A stretch of DNA of 64,000 nt from the IMG/VR virus record IMGVR_UViG_3300025237_000001, positions 96,001-160,000 of that record; one strand, given 5' to 3'. Below, one piece after another: positions 18,901 through 27,170 of this stretch. The notes beneath the pieces were generated by a model, which saw only the letters and a program-made list of their open reading frames with translations, had not been told where the DNA came from and searched no databases. Made by a program: the position numbers and the translations under genes. This stretch comes from a virus. How positions within the stretch are numbered: the first letter of the stretch is position 1; the number at the start of each line of letters is the position of its first letter.

Positions 18901-21054
18901 CCTAATATTGATGATATTGATTTAAATAAAAATGATTATTTAATTAATAATAGTATATCAGTTGGTACATTTGGTAGTAGTTCCACTTATAGATATAGTA
19001 ATGGGGCGATTAACTTTATAAACATTAATGTTCCTAGAGAATATACGAAAATTCCTGATGTAATATTAAGATTACCAGAATCAGTTAAAACTATTTTAAA
19101 GAGTTATTTTGCTGCTTGGGTTGATAATAGTGAAGGTTGGATAAAATTGAAAAATGTGTTAGAACTTGAATTTACACCTAATGGAATAATAGGTGATAAT
19201 TACGAAACAGTTACGGAAAATAACACATTTGAGGGTAATTACGACTTAAAATTAGAAGATGGTTCAGATGGTTCAGACGCTTTAAATATTTTTTTAGGGA
19301 GTAAAAAAATATTAATGAATAGTACTTATAGAATTTGGAAAGGTGAAACTAAAAGATATAAAAAAATTGTAATTAAAGAAGCTCATTATAATTTATATTT
19401 AAAAACATTTTACAACGAACTTAGTGTTTTAAATGGTAAGGTGGCACTTGACGCTAAATCTAAAATTAATAGACAGTTGTTTAATACGGACAATGTTGAT
19501 GATATTAAATTAAGTTTATATAAAAATATAAAATCTGTTTATAATAAATGGATAGTTGGTGTTAACCCTAGTGTTGACCCAGTTATTTTACATGACTTAT
19601 ATAAAAGTTTTAACTTTTTAGATAGGGCACATATTGATATTTCAAATAATTTTAAAATTTCCCCAACTAAGTTTGTTGAATTCTTATCAACGAGTTCCAA
19701 TATGAATTTTTATAGCTTTATTGCTAGAATTCTTAGTGAAAATAATTTCGATTTTATTCCGTTACCAACATTTCTTGATTATTCATCAGCGGAGAAGGTT
19801 AAAGGTGTTTTTGAACCTCAAAGATTTAAAGATATGGCTGCGACAAACGGACCAACATTTGTTTGTATGTATTTTGGTGAGCAATCTAATAAATTAAATG
19901 TTAGTAAAAAAGATGATAGGGGTGATAGTTTTAGTATACCTACTAAGTACAATAAAGATGGTGATTTAATTATAAGTGATTTTGATGATTTACCAGATGA
20001 TTTTAAAACTGGTAATAGAACAATACCATACTTCTTAGTGAACTATGCTGACCAAAACCAATCTATATTTAAGAATATAACTTTAAATCAAGCTGAATTT
20101 ACGGAAACCAATGAGAGCCTTGAAATAATCGAGAGTCTTTCAAGGAGAAATAGAAATAATTCACTTGGTCAAAATTTATTTGACATTTATAGTAATAGAG
20201 CATATTCAGCTGAAGTTGAGATGTTAGGGAATGCACAAATACAACCATTTATGTTCTTCCAAATTAATAATATTCCTATGTTTGATGGTGCTTATACAAT
20301 TATAAACACTAGTCATCACATCAAGGCGAATCATATGACAACAACCTTTAAGGGTGTTAGGATTAGAAAGGTTAAAACCAAAATGATTGATAACGAAACG
20401 TTATATGCCCATTTACTTGCTAACTTAAACGAAGTTGATAATGATGACGCTAATTTAGGTGATATAGGTACTTCAAATAATGCAAATCCTAGAGAAGAAC
20501 TAACCCCTGAAGATAAAGAAAGAATTACAAATTCTAGAGAAGATATTCCAAATGATATTAAAGGGACTTGGGCTAATCCATTAGGTAATATGAATGTTAC
20601 TAGTGACTTTGGACGTAGAAGTATTGGATTTCATAATGGTATGGACTTCACCGCTGCTATTGGAACAGATGTTAGTACCGTTGATGAGTTAATAATTAGA
20701 AGAGTTAGATGGAACCCAACAGCGGGTGGTCTATACGTTGATTTTAGAGTTAAAGATAGAGATATATATATTAGATATATGCACTTATCTACTTTAACTC
20801 ACCCAGCTTTTGCTGGTATAACACCAGTACCTAATATGGATATCACACAAGGTGGACCAATTGGTACCGTTATAAAAAAAGATGTTATATTTGCCAAATC
20901 AGGTGATTCGGGTGAAGTACCTAAACATTTACATATAGACATTAGGAATACAGTTGGTGTAACTGGTGGTAACCAATTTAAAGAACCTCAATATTTCTTT
21001 AACATGGAAGGGTGGACTTGGAATTCAAACCAATCTAAATTAGATGACCTATAA
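15898..21054 (+). CDS. Large baseplate hub protein with C-terminal M23 metallopeptidase
   Basis: Likely start is ATG 15898 (MANSNS). Hub-like AYSAEVEMLGNAQIQPFMFF...GAYTIINTSHHI. C-terminal HNGMD (HxxxD), YMHL and HLHID (HxH) M23 motifs. Confidence 0.75.
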   Translation: MANSNSIVQAEQIQNLLVIDPSAKGMSNVNVEDLSISVELEVYKRDENPIIFSNGEVTTGNKTNPEATRISFIDGVGEEDHLTTHYTELTTDFGKDNDVGSLGIESIDISFNTSYVPIVKIRFKDIRARLFEMGDESPYSFLFKMPYPIFYLTVKGYYGKPVKYALHLTKFNGQLDNDTGSFIITCDFIGYTYAFLADLLMGILKGIPYTKRGIDLMKPDFVSFDELTAVVSQLEKNITKFNKKNKPLRALSIFGDLIIKLNAIRDNLITSIASNSYNVVDNTNLVGAEFVSWGSHINIGPSSSLPSSDQDIYQREVLDFVEQYNNLNDKKGVPSYKLNKEDFLLDNDGVWINNYNTNDFIVPDGILNGIPKTFEEFQNSSLDKYPNYATTDDKELRAKYNNFIKIVDYKSKNISNFTYNFKENMTLFDIRFAIAKIDKLNLLITNDYKEAKKDVTETFIDGITEYLEKDGSVFDASIGSLFKILCSHVDLFVDVIKDLEKDIKEDVISGQRNVSEADKTNFSQYTDGTGLTEIPVNAFPEYIEKEIITDSDGKSNSALVEKWLGSAINPDIRKYKEVLFIDDLYDSMIKAAKKDSENLLNLVQLPKGWYPVNPLETKAFNSNNTNPWEVAENLTSGPILKLMHQRMSLFLGYSNDFSDTDKNYDREIINMAKIEANQLNESILDSGVKKQIIWQDANSSEWAKRVETTLGDGDESFGSMGKDFDLRLYYDDSFFSSNDEYVYRHGLETSNDVALLDSEQNISITQTEGNLTKGINTTNTPTLFGTSVVSNIDTPSTEIVENFIKIIPYDTYSQDYKYESWLGDSPSRDTKKTTRLTKNINEVNDFHSGLYKTHEFSTYIDDEIGFDNYNLSYEFYDKELKLNLLQNAKGVNKPFSFQSKFISNGKEFSLFGSEWYYAQTDISKALLFLHSIPFDGTNLESKGSTELMHGMLSDKNLKFFNERAGFVLVPDSWLLLLGGLLYRESLNNEMIMFSDANGSLVPNIDDIDLNKNDYLINNSISVGTFGSSSTYRYSNGAINFININVPREYTKIPDVILRLPESVKTILKSYFAAWVDNSEGWIKLKNVLELEFTPNGIIGDNYETVTENNTFEGNYDLKLEDGSDGSDALNIFLGSKKILMNSTYRIWKGETKRYKKIVIKEAHYNLYLKTFYNELSVLNGKVALDAKSKINRQLFNTDNVDDIKLSLYKNIKSVYNKWIVGVNPSVDPVILHDLYKSFNFLDRAHIDISNNFKISPTKFVEFLSTSSNMNFYSFIARILSENNFDFIPLPTFLDYSSAEKVKGVFEPQRFKDMAATNGPTFVCMYFGEQSNKLNVSKKDDRGDSFSIPTKYNKDGDLIISDFDDLPDDFKTGNRTIPYFLVNYADQNQSIFKNITLNQAEFTETNESLEIIESLSRRNRNNSLGQNLFDIYSNRAYSAEVEMLGNAQIQPFMFFQINNIPMFDGAYTIINTSHHIKANHMTTTFKGVRIRKVKTKMIDNETLYAHLLANLNEVDNDDANLGDIGTSNNANPREELTPEDKERITNSREDIPNDIKGTWANPLGNMNVTSDFGRRSIGFHNGMDFTAAIGTDVSTVDELIIRRVRWNPTAGGLYVDFRVKDRDIYIRYMHLSTLTHPAFAGITPVPNMDITQGGPIGTVIKKDVIFAKSGDSGEVPKHLHIDIRNTVGVTGGNQFKEPQYFFNMEGWTWNSNQSKLDDL

Positions 21055-21086
21055 TTTGTTATTTTAGATATAATTTAGTATATTTG
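21055..21086 (+). promoter_or_regulatory. Bacteroidota-type sigma70 promoter (-33/-7)
   Basis: TTTG (21055-21058), 20 nt, TATATTTG (21079-21086); matches the known TTTG-N19-21-TAnnTTTG consensus. Confidence 0.7.
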
Positions 21087-21090
21087 CAAA

Positions 21091-21705
21091 ATGGAGATAG
21101 CTAACATCGTATGTAAAGACGTTATAAATATTGGTCCAGAGTTCAACGTTGTTGATTCTGTGGATGATATTATCTATACAAATTTACCAACATTAATTAT
21201 TGGCTACGAAGATGCTATCAATCTATATGGTGTTGATAACATCAATGTTTTAAAGCGTAATATTAAGAGAAATCTGTTTTGGACATTTAGAAGAACAGTA
21301 GAACGTAAAGTCTATGAACCCGATATAGAAGCCTTTATAAAATATTCCTACAAAAAAGCTATTGAGAATATAAATTATGTGGATATTGACATTATTCAAT
21401 TTTCACCCAATAAATTATATAAAATTACCAAGAAAATACTAGGATTAAAACAACCACTATCCTATAAGTCAGCGAATAACGTAATTTATGTTTATTCTGA
21501 AAATTTAATTTTTGGAGTTGATATGAATTTACTAGAGTACGTTGGAGTTGATGTTGAAAAAGTGGAGAAAAAAATAATTGATAAAAGTGTGGTGTTTCTG
21601 GAAGGTTCGGAGATACTTATAGAATATAATAACCAATTGGAGCGTTTGAAATATGATTACAAATTTCTTCCTTTTTTATATTCCATAAAAAACCCACATG
21701 ACTAA
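21091..21705 (+). CDS. Hypothetical protein (early/middle)
   Basis: 204-aa ORF right after a host-type promoter. Confidence 0.65.
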   Translation: MEIANIVCKDVINIGPEFNVVDSVDDIIYTNLPTLIIGYEDAINLYGVDNINVLKRNIKRNLFWTFRRTVERKVYEPDIEAFIKYSYKKAIENINYVDIDIIQFSPNKLYKITKKILGLKQPLSYKSANNVIYVYSENLIFGVDMNLLEYVGVDVEKVEKKIIDKSVVFLEGSEILIEYNNQLERLKYDYKFLPFLYSIKNPHD

Positions 21706-22102
21706 AAAATTATTGATAGCTGCATTTATTTCTCGAAATGAATTAGAGCAGTTCTTAAAACAAATATATACAGAATTTGACGTTGAAAGTAACAAGGTTT
21801 TCATCTACGAAAACTTAGAAGATGACTCTCAATATGTAGCTACGTTTTATATCAACCTGAATATAGGAGAAAAGGTATTCCTACAAAATTACTTCAAAAA
21901 CGCCTTAATTGTCCATAAGAAAAAGAAAACATTCTACACCATTAATGCCCTTAATAAATTAATCGAAAAGGAACATAATTTAGATAAAGGTAATATTGAT
22001 TATAAAAATTGGAAAATAGATTGGTCTAAGTTCCAAAACAAAATAATTATCAATAGTAATAATAAATTGGTTTTAATAGGCTTAAAACGGTTTTTTTCAT
22101 AA
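21698..22102 (+). CDS. Hypothetical protein
   Basis: 134-aa ORF overlapping the upstream stop. Confidence 0.65.
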   Translation: MTKKLLIAAFISRNELEQFLKQIYTEFDVESNKVFIYENLEDDSQYVATFYINLNIGEKVFLQNYFKNALIVHKKKKTFYTINALNKLIEKEHNLDKGNIDYKNWKIDWSKFQNKIIINSNNKLVLIGLKRFFS

Positions 22103-22141
22103 TTTCTATCTATTTATATTAACTGATAAATATTTAATATT

Positions 22142-22318
22142 ATGAAAAATACCAAAATAGACGAATTAAATAAGTTTTTGGAAGAGAATGAAGAGGAAGG
22201 TACCGTTTGTGACATCGATGGTAACTGTAGACCAAAGCTTATCAAACCAGATAAGAGTATTGTTGAGAGAATTAGCAAGAAAATAATAATCGAAGACGGA
22301 AGACAATTATTAATGTAA
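22142..22318 (+). CDS. Small late protein (58 aa), not in the ORF track
   Basis: My translation: MKNTKIDELNKFLEENEEEGTVCDIDGNCRPKLIKPDKSIVERISKKIIIEDGRQLLM. Preceded by CTATTTATA (22110-22118); TAATG-coupled to the next gene. Confidence 0.6.
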   Translation: MKNTKIDELNKFLEENEEEGTVCDIDGNCRPKLIKPDKSIVERISKKIIIEDGRQLLM

Positions 22319-23073
22319 TGAAAAGATACACAAACGAAGATAACAAAAACGATAAAGATAGATTTAGATTACTTTTAGAGTATGATTTCTATATTGGTGA
22401 AGAAGAAGAAGTTGAACCAGAAGGTGAATTAGTAACTGAAGAACCACCAGAAGGTGAAGCTCCAGATGAAATGGCTCCTGATGATGAAATGGCTCCTGAC
22501 GCTGAAATGGGTGGTGAAGAAGAATTGGCTCCTGACGCTGAAATGGGTGATGAAGAAGGTTTTGACGCTCCTGAAGAAGAAATGATGGGTGGAGAACCAG
22601 AAGGTTTTGACGAACCATTACCTGAACCAGAACCAATGGAAGATGAAGTTGAATTAGATGTTACTGAATTAGTTCAAGGAACAGAAGCTGCAAAACAATC
22701 ATCTGATAGAGCAAACCAACAAATCGATGTGTTAATGAATAAATTTGATAGTTTGAATGCGTCATTAGAAAAAATGGCTGCAATCAATACTAAGATAGAT
22801 GATTTAGAACATGAAATCGAAAAAAGAAACCCAACACCTCAAGAACAATTAGAAATGCGTTCATTAGATTCATATCCTTATAGTCTTAAACTTACAGACT
22901 ATTGGTCTGAGAAGGAAGGTAATTATGATGCGATGGGTGGAGACAAGGCAAAAGACCAAGAATATGTACTTACACAAGACGAAGTAGATAGAGATTACAA
23001 TGCAATTGAAGTAAAAGATTCATTTATCCATGACCCAGAAGAGGATGAGGTAGATGATTTTAAAACGTTTTAA
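22318..23073 (+). CDS. Acidic Pro/Glu-rich protein with coiled coil, possible scaffold/core protein
   Basis: Repeats of EMAPD/AEMGG/EGFD, followed by a coiled-coil segment (IDVLMNKFDSLNASLEKMAAINTKIDDLEHEIE). Confidence 0.6.
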   Translation: MKRYTNEDNKNDKDRFRLLLEYDFYIGEEEEVEPEGELVTEEPPEGEAPDEMAPDDEMAPDAEMGGEEELAPDAEMGDEEGFDAPEEEMMGGEPEGFDEPLPEPEPMEDEVELDVTELVQGTEAAKQSSDRANQQIDVLMNKFDSLNASLEKMAAINTKIDDLEHEIEKRNPTPQEQLEMRSLDSYPYSLKLTDYWSEKEGNYDAMGGDKAKDQEYVLTQDEVDRDYNAIEVKDSFIHDPEEDEVDDFKTF

Positions 23074-23104
23074 AAAATTAACTAACTGAAACTAATAGAT
23101 ATAG

Positions 23105-23134
23105 AGCACGACCTACCAGGTTGTGCTTTTTTTT
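23105..23134 (+). terminator. Rho-independent terminator
   Basis: AGCACGACCT-ACC-AGGTTGTGCT followed by a T tract. Confidence 0.75.
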
Positions 23135-23155
23135 CCGAAAATAAATACAATTTTA

Positions 23156-23187
23156 CTTGTTATGGGGAACATAATGTAGTATAATTG
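23156..23187 (+). promoter_or_regulatory. Bacteroidota-type promoter for the SSB/recombination block
   Basis: CTTG (23156-23159), 20 nt, TATAATTG (23180-23187); one mismatch in each box. Confidence 0.55.
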
Positions 23188-23229
23188 CATCATGTTATAC
23201 AGAGATACTGTTTCTGTTTTAACCAAACC

Positions 23230-23297
23230 ATTACCATTGACAAATTATTACAGATGGTAATGTAATAACGACCCCGACACTAAAAAACGAAGTCGGG
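23230..23297 (+). promoter_or_regulatory. Structured 5' leader of the SSB gene
   Basis: ATTACCAT/ATGGTAAT stem, alternative TTATTAC/GTAATAA pairing, and a CCCGAC/GTCGGG hairpin. Confidence 0.45.
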
Positions 23298-23320
23298 CAA
23301 CTTAAAAACAATTATTTATT

Positions 23321-24277
23321 ATGAGTAAAGAAAACTCGGCATTACAAGCGATGTTAGCCCAATATGAGCAAGCATCAACATTCTCAAGTGAAAATTCATT
23401 TGACATTAAAAATTACTTCTCAACATTTTTACCTGATGGAGTAGACAATAAAATGGTAGCGATTAGAATTCTACCAATTGAAGGAACAACTCCTTTTCAA
23501 GAAGTTCAAGTACACTCTGCTAAGGTAGATGGAAAAAACCGTAAGTTTACATGTATCGCACATCTTAATGATGAGCCATGTCCTTTCTGTGAAGCAAGGG
23601 AACAATTATTAGCCACTGGTGAAAAAAGTGACGAAGAATTAGCAAAATCTTACAAGCCAAGATTGATGTATATCGTTAAAGTTATCGATAGAGACAACGA
23701 AGCTGATGGACCAAAATTCTGGAGATTCCCAATCAACTATAAGAAAGATGGTATCATGGACAAAATCATGGCTACAATTACAATGTTAAAGGAGGATGTA
23801 ACAGACCCTGTAACAGGTAGAGATTTAGTTCTTAACATCGTTAGAGTGAAAAACCCTAGAGGTGGAACTTATCCAGCAGTTAATTCTGTACAAGGAATGG
23901 ATAAAAAAGCTTTAAGCACTGACGCTGAATTATCAGCTAAATGGTTGAATGACAAAAAAACATGGCAAGATGTTTATTCACTTAAAGATTATGATTACTT
24001 GAAAATAATCGTAATGGGTGAAGTTCCAGCATGGAACAAAAGACTTGAAAAATTTGTTGCTAAGTCTTCATTGACTGAAGCTGACAATGAATCAACAACT
24101 GAAAGTTTAGATTCTCAAGTTAACAGTCCAGATTCTTCAATAGCCGTAGGTGCTAACGCATCTGAAGCTAAGACAGAAACGAAAGTTGAAACGAAAGTGG
24201 AAACTAAAGCTGAAACTACTTACACCGCTCCAGTTGATGAGCCTATTGCACAAGTAGAAGACGACTTACCGTTTTAA
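23321..24277 (+). CDS. ssb: Single-stranded DNA-binding protein (T4 gp32-like)
   Basis: IRILP, C-x8-C-PFC metal motif, VKVIDR, DPVTGRDL and an acidic C-terminal tail ending EDDLPF. Confidence 0.85.
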   Translation: MSKENSALQAMLAQYEQASTFSSENSFDIKNYFSTFLPDGVDNKMVAIRILPIEGTTPFQEVQVHSAKVDGKNRKFTCIAHLNDEPCPFCEAREQLLATGEKSDEELAKSYKPRLMYIVKVIDRDNEADGPKFWRFPINYKKDGIMDKIMATITMLKEDVTDPVTGRDLVLNIVRVKNPRGGTYPAVNSVQGMDKKALSTDAELSAKWLNDKKTWQDVYSLKDYDYLKIIVMGEVPAWNKRLEKFVAKSSLTEADNESTTESLDSQVNSPDSSIAVGANASEAKTETKVETKVETKAETTYTAPVDEPIAQVEDDLPF

Positions 24278-24298
24278 TAAGTAAGTCCAAACAATAAT

Positions 24299-24337
24299 GG
24301 TTTGGTAGTGAGGGATTCCACTACCAGACCTTTTTTT
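24299..24337 (+). terminator. Rho-independent terminator
   Basis: GGTTTGGTAGTG / CACTACCAGACC stem followed by T7. Confidence 0.75.
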
Positions 24338-24395
24338 AGCTCTAAGAGTTAAAAATAAACATAAAAAACATATGTTTCCCTAATTATTAACTAAA

Positions 24396-25502
24396 ATGGC
24401 TAAAAAACCAACAAAAACCACTGTAGCAAAAACCAGTTACAGCTTAGATGACTTTAAAGCGTCACAAGGTATCACTAAAACAATAAAAGATAAAGAATTA
24501 TCATGGGTACCACTATCCAAAGCATGGCACGATGCAATTAAACTGCCAGGATTTGCAAGAGGGTATGTAAACTCAGTAAGAGGATATTCAAACACTGGAA
24601 AATCAACAGCTTTTTACGAAGCGATTGCTGGAGCACAAAGAATAGGTGACTTACCAGTAATATTTGAAACAGAAGGTAATTTCAATTGGGAACATGCAAA
24701 GATGTGTGGGATGCAATTTGAAGAGTTGGTAGATGAAGATACTGGCGAGATTACATATGGAGGTAAATTCCTTTATATGAGTAACAAAGATTTACTAGAT
24801 AGGTATCAAAATTATGACCACCAACATAGTAAGGAAATGACCAAACCATTAAGGTTTGAACCAGTTTTAGAAGACGTAGCAAGGTATATGACCGAGTTAT
24901 TGGATATGCAAGCTGAAGGTAAGTTGAAGGAACATTTATGTTTCCTATGGGATTCAATTGGAACATTGAATGGATTTAAATCAGCGATGTCTAAAACAAC
25001 TAACAATATGTGGAATGCTGGCTCAATGAAAGTATTTCAAGCGATTGTTAATTACAGAATACCAGCTTCTAGAAGAGAAGATAGTGAATTTACAAATACA
25101 TTTATTTGTGTTCAAAAGATTTGGTATGACAGTATGAATATGAAGATTAAGCACAGTTGTGGTGAGTTCATGTTCTTCAATTCAAGATTAATAGTTCATT
25201 TAGGTGGTATTATATCACATGGAACTAAAAAATTAAAAGCTACTGCATTAGGTAATGATTATCAATACGGTACCGAATGTAAGATTAACTGTGAGAAGAA
25301 TCACGTTAATGGTCTTGAAAAGAAAGGTATTATAGCGTCAACCCCACATGGGTATTGGAATCCATTGGATTTAGATAGTTATAAAAAAGAGAAGAGAGAT
25401 TTCATTCATGAAAAATTGAATGTAGAATATAGTACTGATTTAGAAATAGATTACTCTGTAGAAGAAGGTGAAAAGTCGAATGACGATTTTTCAGGAAATT
25501 AA
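24396..25502 (+). CDS. uvsX: RecA/UvsX-like recombinase
   Basis: Walker A GYSNTGKST and Walker B FLWDSIG; follows the SSB gene. Confidence 0.8.
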   Translation: MAKKPTKTTVAKTSYSLDDFKASQGITKTIKDKELSWVPLSKAWHDAIKLPGFARGYVNSVRGYSNTGKSTAFYEAIAGAQRIGDLPVIFETEGNFNWEHAKMCGMQFEELVDEDTGEITYGGKFLYMSNKDLLDRYQNYDHQHSKEMTKPLRFEPVLEDVARYMTELLDMQAEGKLKEHLCFLWDSIGTLNGFKSAMSKTTNNMWNAGSMKVFQAIVNYRIPASRREDSEFTNTFICVQKIWYDSMNMKIKHSCGEFMFFNSRLIVHLGGIISHGTKKLKATALGNDYQYGTECKINCEKNHVNGLEKKGIIASTPHGYWNPLDLDSYKKEKRDFIHEKLNVEYSTDLEIDYSVEEGEKSNDDFSGN

Positions 25503-25527
25503 TATTAACCCTTTAAATTAAAAGGAT

Positions 25528-26595
25528 ATGGCAAATAAGCCAAGAAAATATGGTGTAGTTAAAAATGTTAAAAACACCTTACTTGTTGATGGAAACGCTC
25601 TATTTAAATTGGGATTTTTCGGAGCGAAAGATTTGTTTACTAGGGATGGTGACCATATAGGAGGACTATATGTATTTATTACCATCCTTAGAAAACTCCT
25701 TCAAGAGAATTTATACCACAAAGTATTCGTATTTTGGGATGGAAAATTCAGCGGCAAGCAAAGATGGAAACTATACTCAGATTACAAAGGTGACCGAAAT
25801 AAAGATTTTGTCAATGGAACACATCCCATTGATATTCAAGAGAAAACTGAAGTCTTTATTATACGTCAATACTTAGAAGAACTATGTATTAGACAATTGG
25901 TTGATGAAACCGATTCAGGTGTTGAAGCAGATGACTTTATCGCTCAATACTGTCTAACTAAAGCTGATAATGAACATGTAACAATCTGTACTACAGATAG
26001 AGACTTAGCGCAATTAATAGCTGAAGATGTACGAATATACTTCTGCGACTTAAAAGAGTATATATCCTTAAAGAATTATAACGATTTCTTTAAGCATCAC
26101 CAGAGTAATAGTAAATTGATAAAAATCATAGGAGGTGATTCCAGTGATAGTATCAAAGGGATTAAAGGGGTTAAAGAAACCACTTTACTAAAATATTTCC
26201 CAATACTAAAAGAAAGACCAGTAACACTAAACGAGATTATTCAATCAGCTAAGGACCAACTAGAGCTTCGGGCAGAAGAGAAAAAGAAACCACTTAAAGC
26301 ATTAACAAACATAGTAGAATCAATTACAGAAGGTATCCAAGGAAAGGATATCTATAAGATAAATGAGACCATTATTGATTTAAGCAAACCGTTAGTTGAC
26401 GAACCTAATAAGACCTTACTAGAATATATTAAAGGTCCGATGGGTGACTTCGATGAACGAGGAATCAAAAACGTTTACACTTACATGAAACGTGATGGTA
26501 TGGATAAAGAAATCGAATCATTTAGTACCAATTACTTATTACCATTTAAAAAACTAATAGAACGAGAAAAAATACAAACATTAATTAATAAATAA
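25528..26595 (+). CDS. 5'-3' exonuclease / RNase H (Pol I N-terminal, FEN-like)
   Basis: LLVDGNAL, YKGDR, EADDFIA, TTDRDLAQL and helix-hairpin GGDSSDSIKGIKGV. Confidence 0.9.
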   Translation: MANKPRKYGVVKNVKNTLLVDGNALFKLGFFGAKDLFTRDGDHIGGLYVFITILRKLLQENLYHKVFVFWDGKFSGKQRWKLYSDYKGDRNKDFVNGTHPIDIQEKTEVFIIRQYLEELCIRQLVDETDSGVEADDFIAQYCLTKADNEHVTICTTDRDLAQLIAEDVRIYFCDLKEYISLKNYNDFFKHHQSNSKLIKIIGGDSSDSIKGIKGVKETTLLKYFPILKERPVTLNEIIQSAKDQLELRAEEKKKPLKALTNIVESITEGIQGKDIYKINETIIDLSKPLVDEPNKTLLEYIKGPMGDFDERGIKNVYTYMKRDGMDKEIESFSTNYLLPFKKLIEREKIQTLINK

Positions 26596-26603
26596 ACAAA
26601 ATT

Positions 26604-27167
26604 ATGAGTAACAGAAAAACAGAAATTGTAAAGCCTTTTGAATTCTCTTTGAGAATTAACAACCACATTATTTGTCAACGATACTTTAGTATCAAAAACT
26701 ATAATAATGACAGTAGAGAGTCTATGGAAGTTAAAGAAATGATGGATGATATCATAGGTGTTAATCAACACATACAACTAGGATTAATTCCAGAGTTCTT
26801 CAAGCAACAATGCATTGCAAATTCGTATAAACCTTATTATTCACAAAATAATCATTTAAACGATAAAGTTGATATTTTCACTTTAGAAATTTCTAAGAAT
26901 AATGTGAACCAATTAAAGGGTAAAGATGGTCAGTTTGACATCGAAGATTTACAAAAAGAACTGATTAGTTCTGGAAGCTTTGATGGTAGAGTGTTTCACC
27001 CTAATATCCGATACGAAATCGATATTAGAAGTATAATATCTGACATTATCAGAATAATCCAAGGACATTTAAGCCAGAGAGAATATATCACGGCTTATGG
27101 TGACGTTAAATTAAAACGTTTCAATAAATTAACTTCACAAGAAATGAAGTATGTAAACCAATATTAA
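26604..27167 (+). CDS. Hypothetical protein upstream of the helicase
   Basis: 187-aa ORF tightly packed in the replication operon. Confidence 0.65.
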   Translation: MSNRKTEIVKPFEFSLRINNHIICQRYFSIKNYNNDSRESMEVKEMMDDIIGVNQHIQLGLIPEFFKQQCIANSYKPYYSQNNHLNDKVDIFTLEISKNNVNQLKGKDGQFDIEDLQKELISSGSFDGRVFHPNIRYEIDIRSIISDIIRIIQGHLSQREYITAYGDVKLKRFNKLTSQEMKYVNQY

Positions 27168-27170
27168 AAA

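Noticed and set aside
23313-23320. TATTTATT directly before the SSB start codon as a late promoter
   Set aside because: It abuts the ATG with no room for a transcription start and leader, so it is more likely part of the AT-rich translation initiation region.
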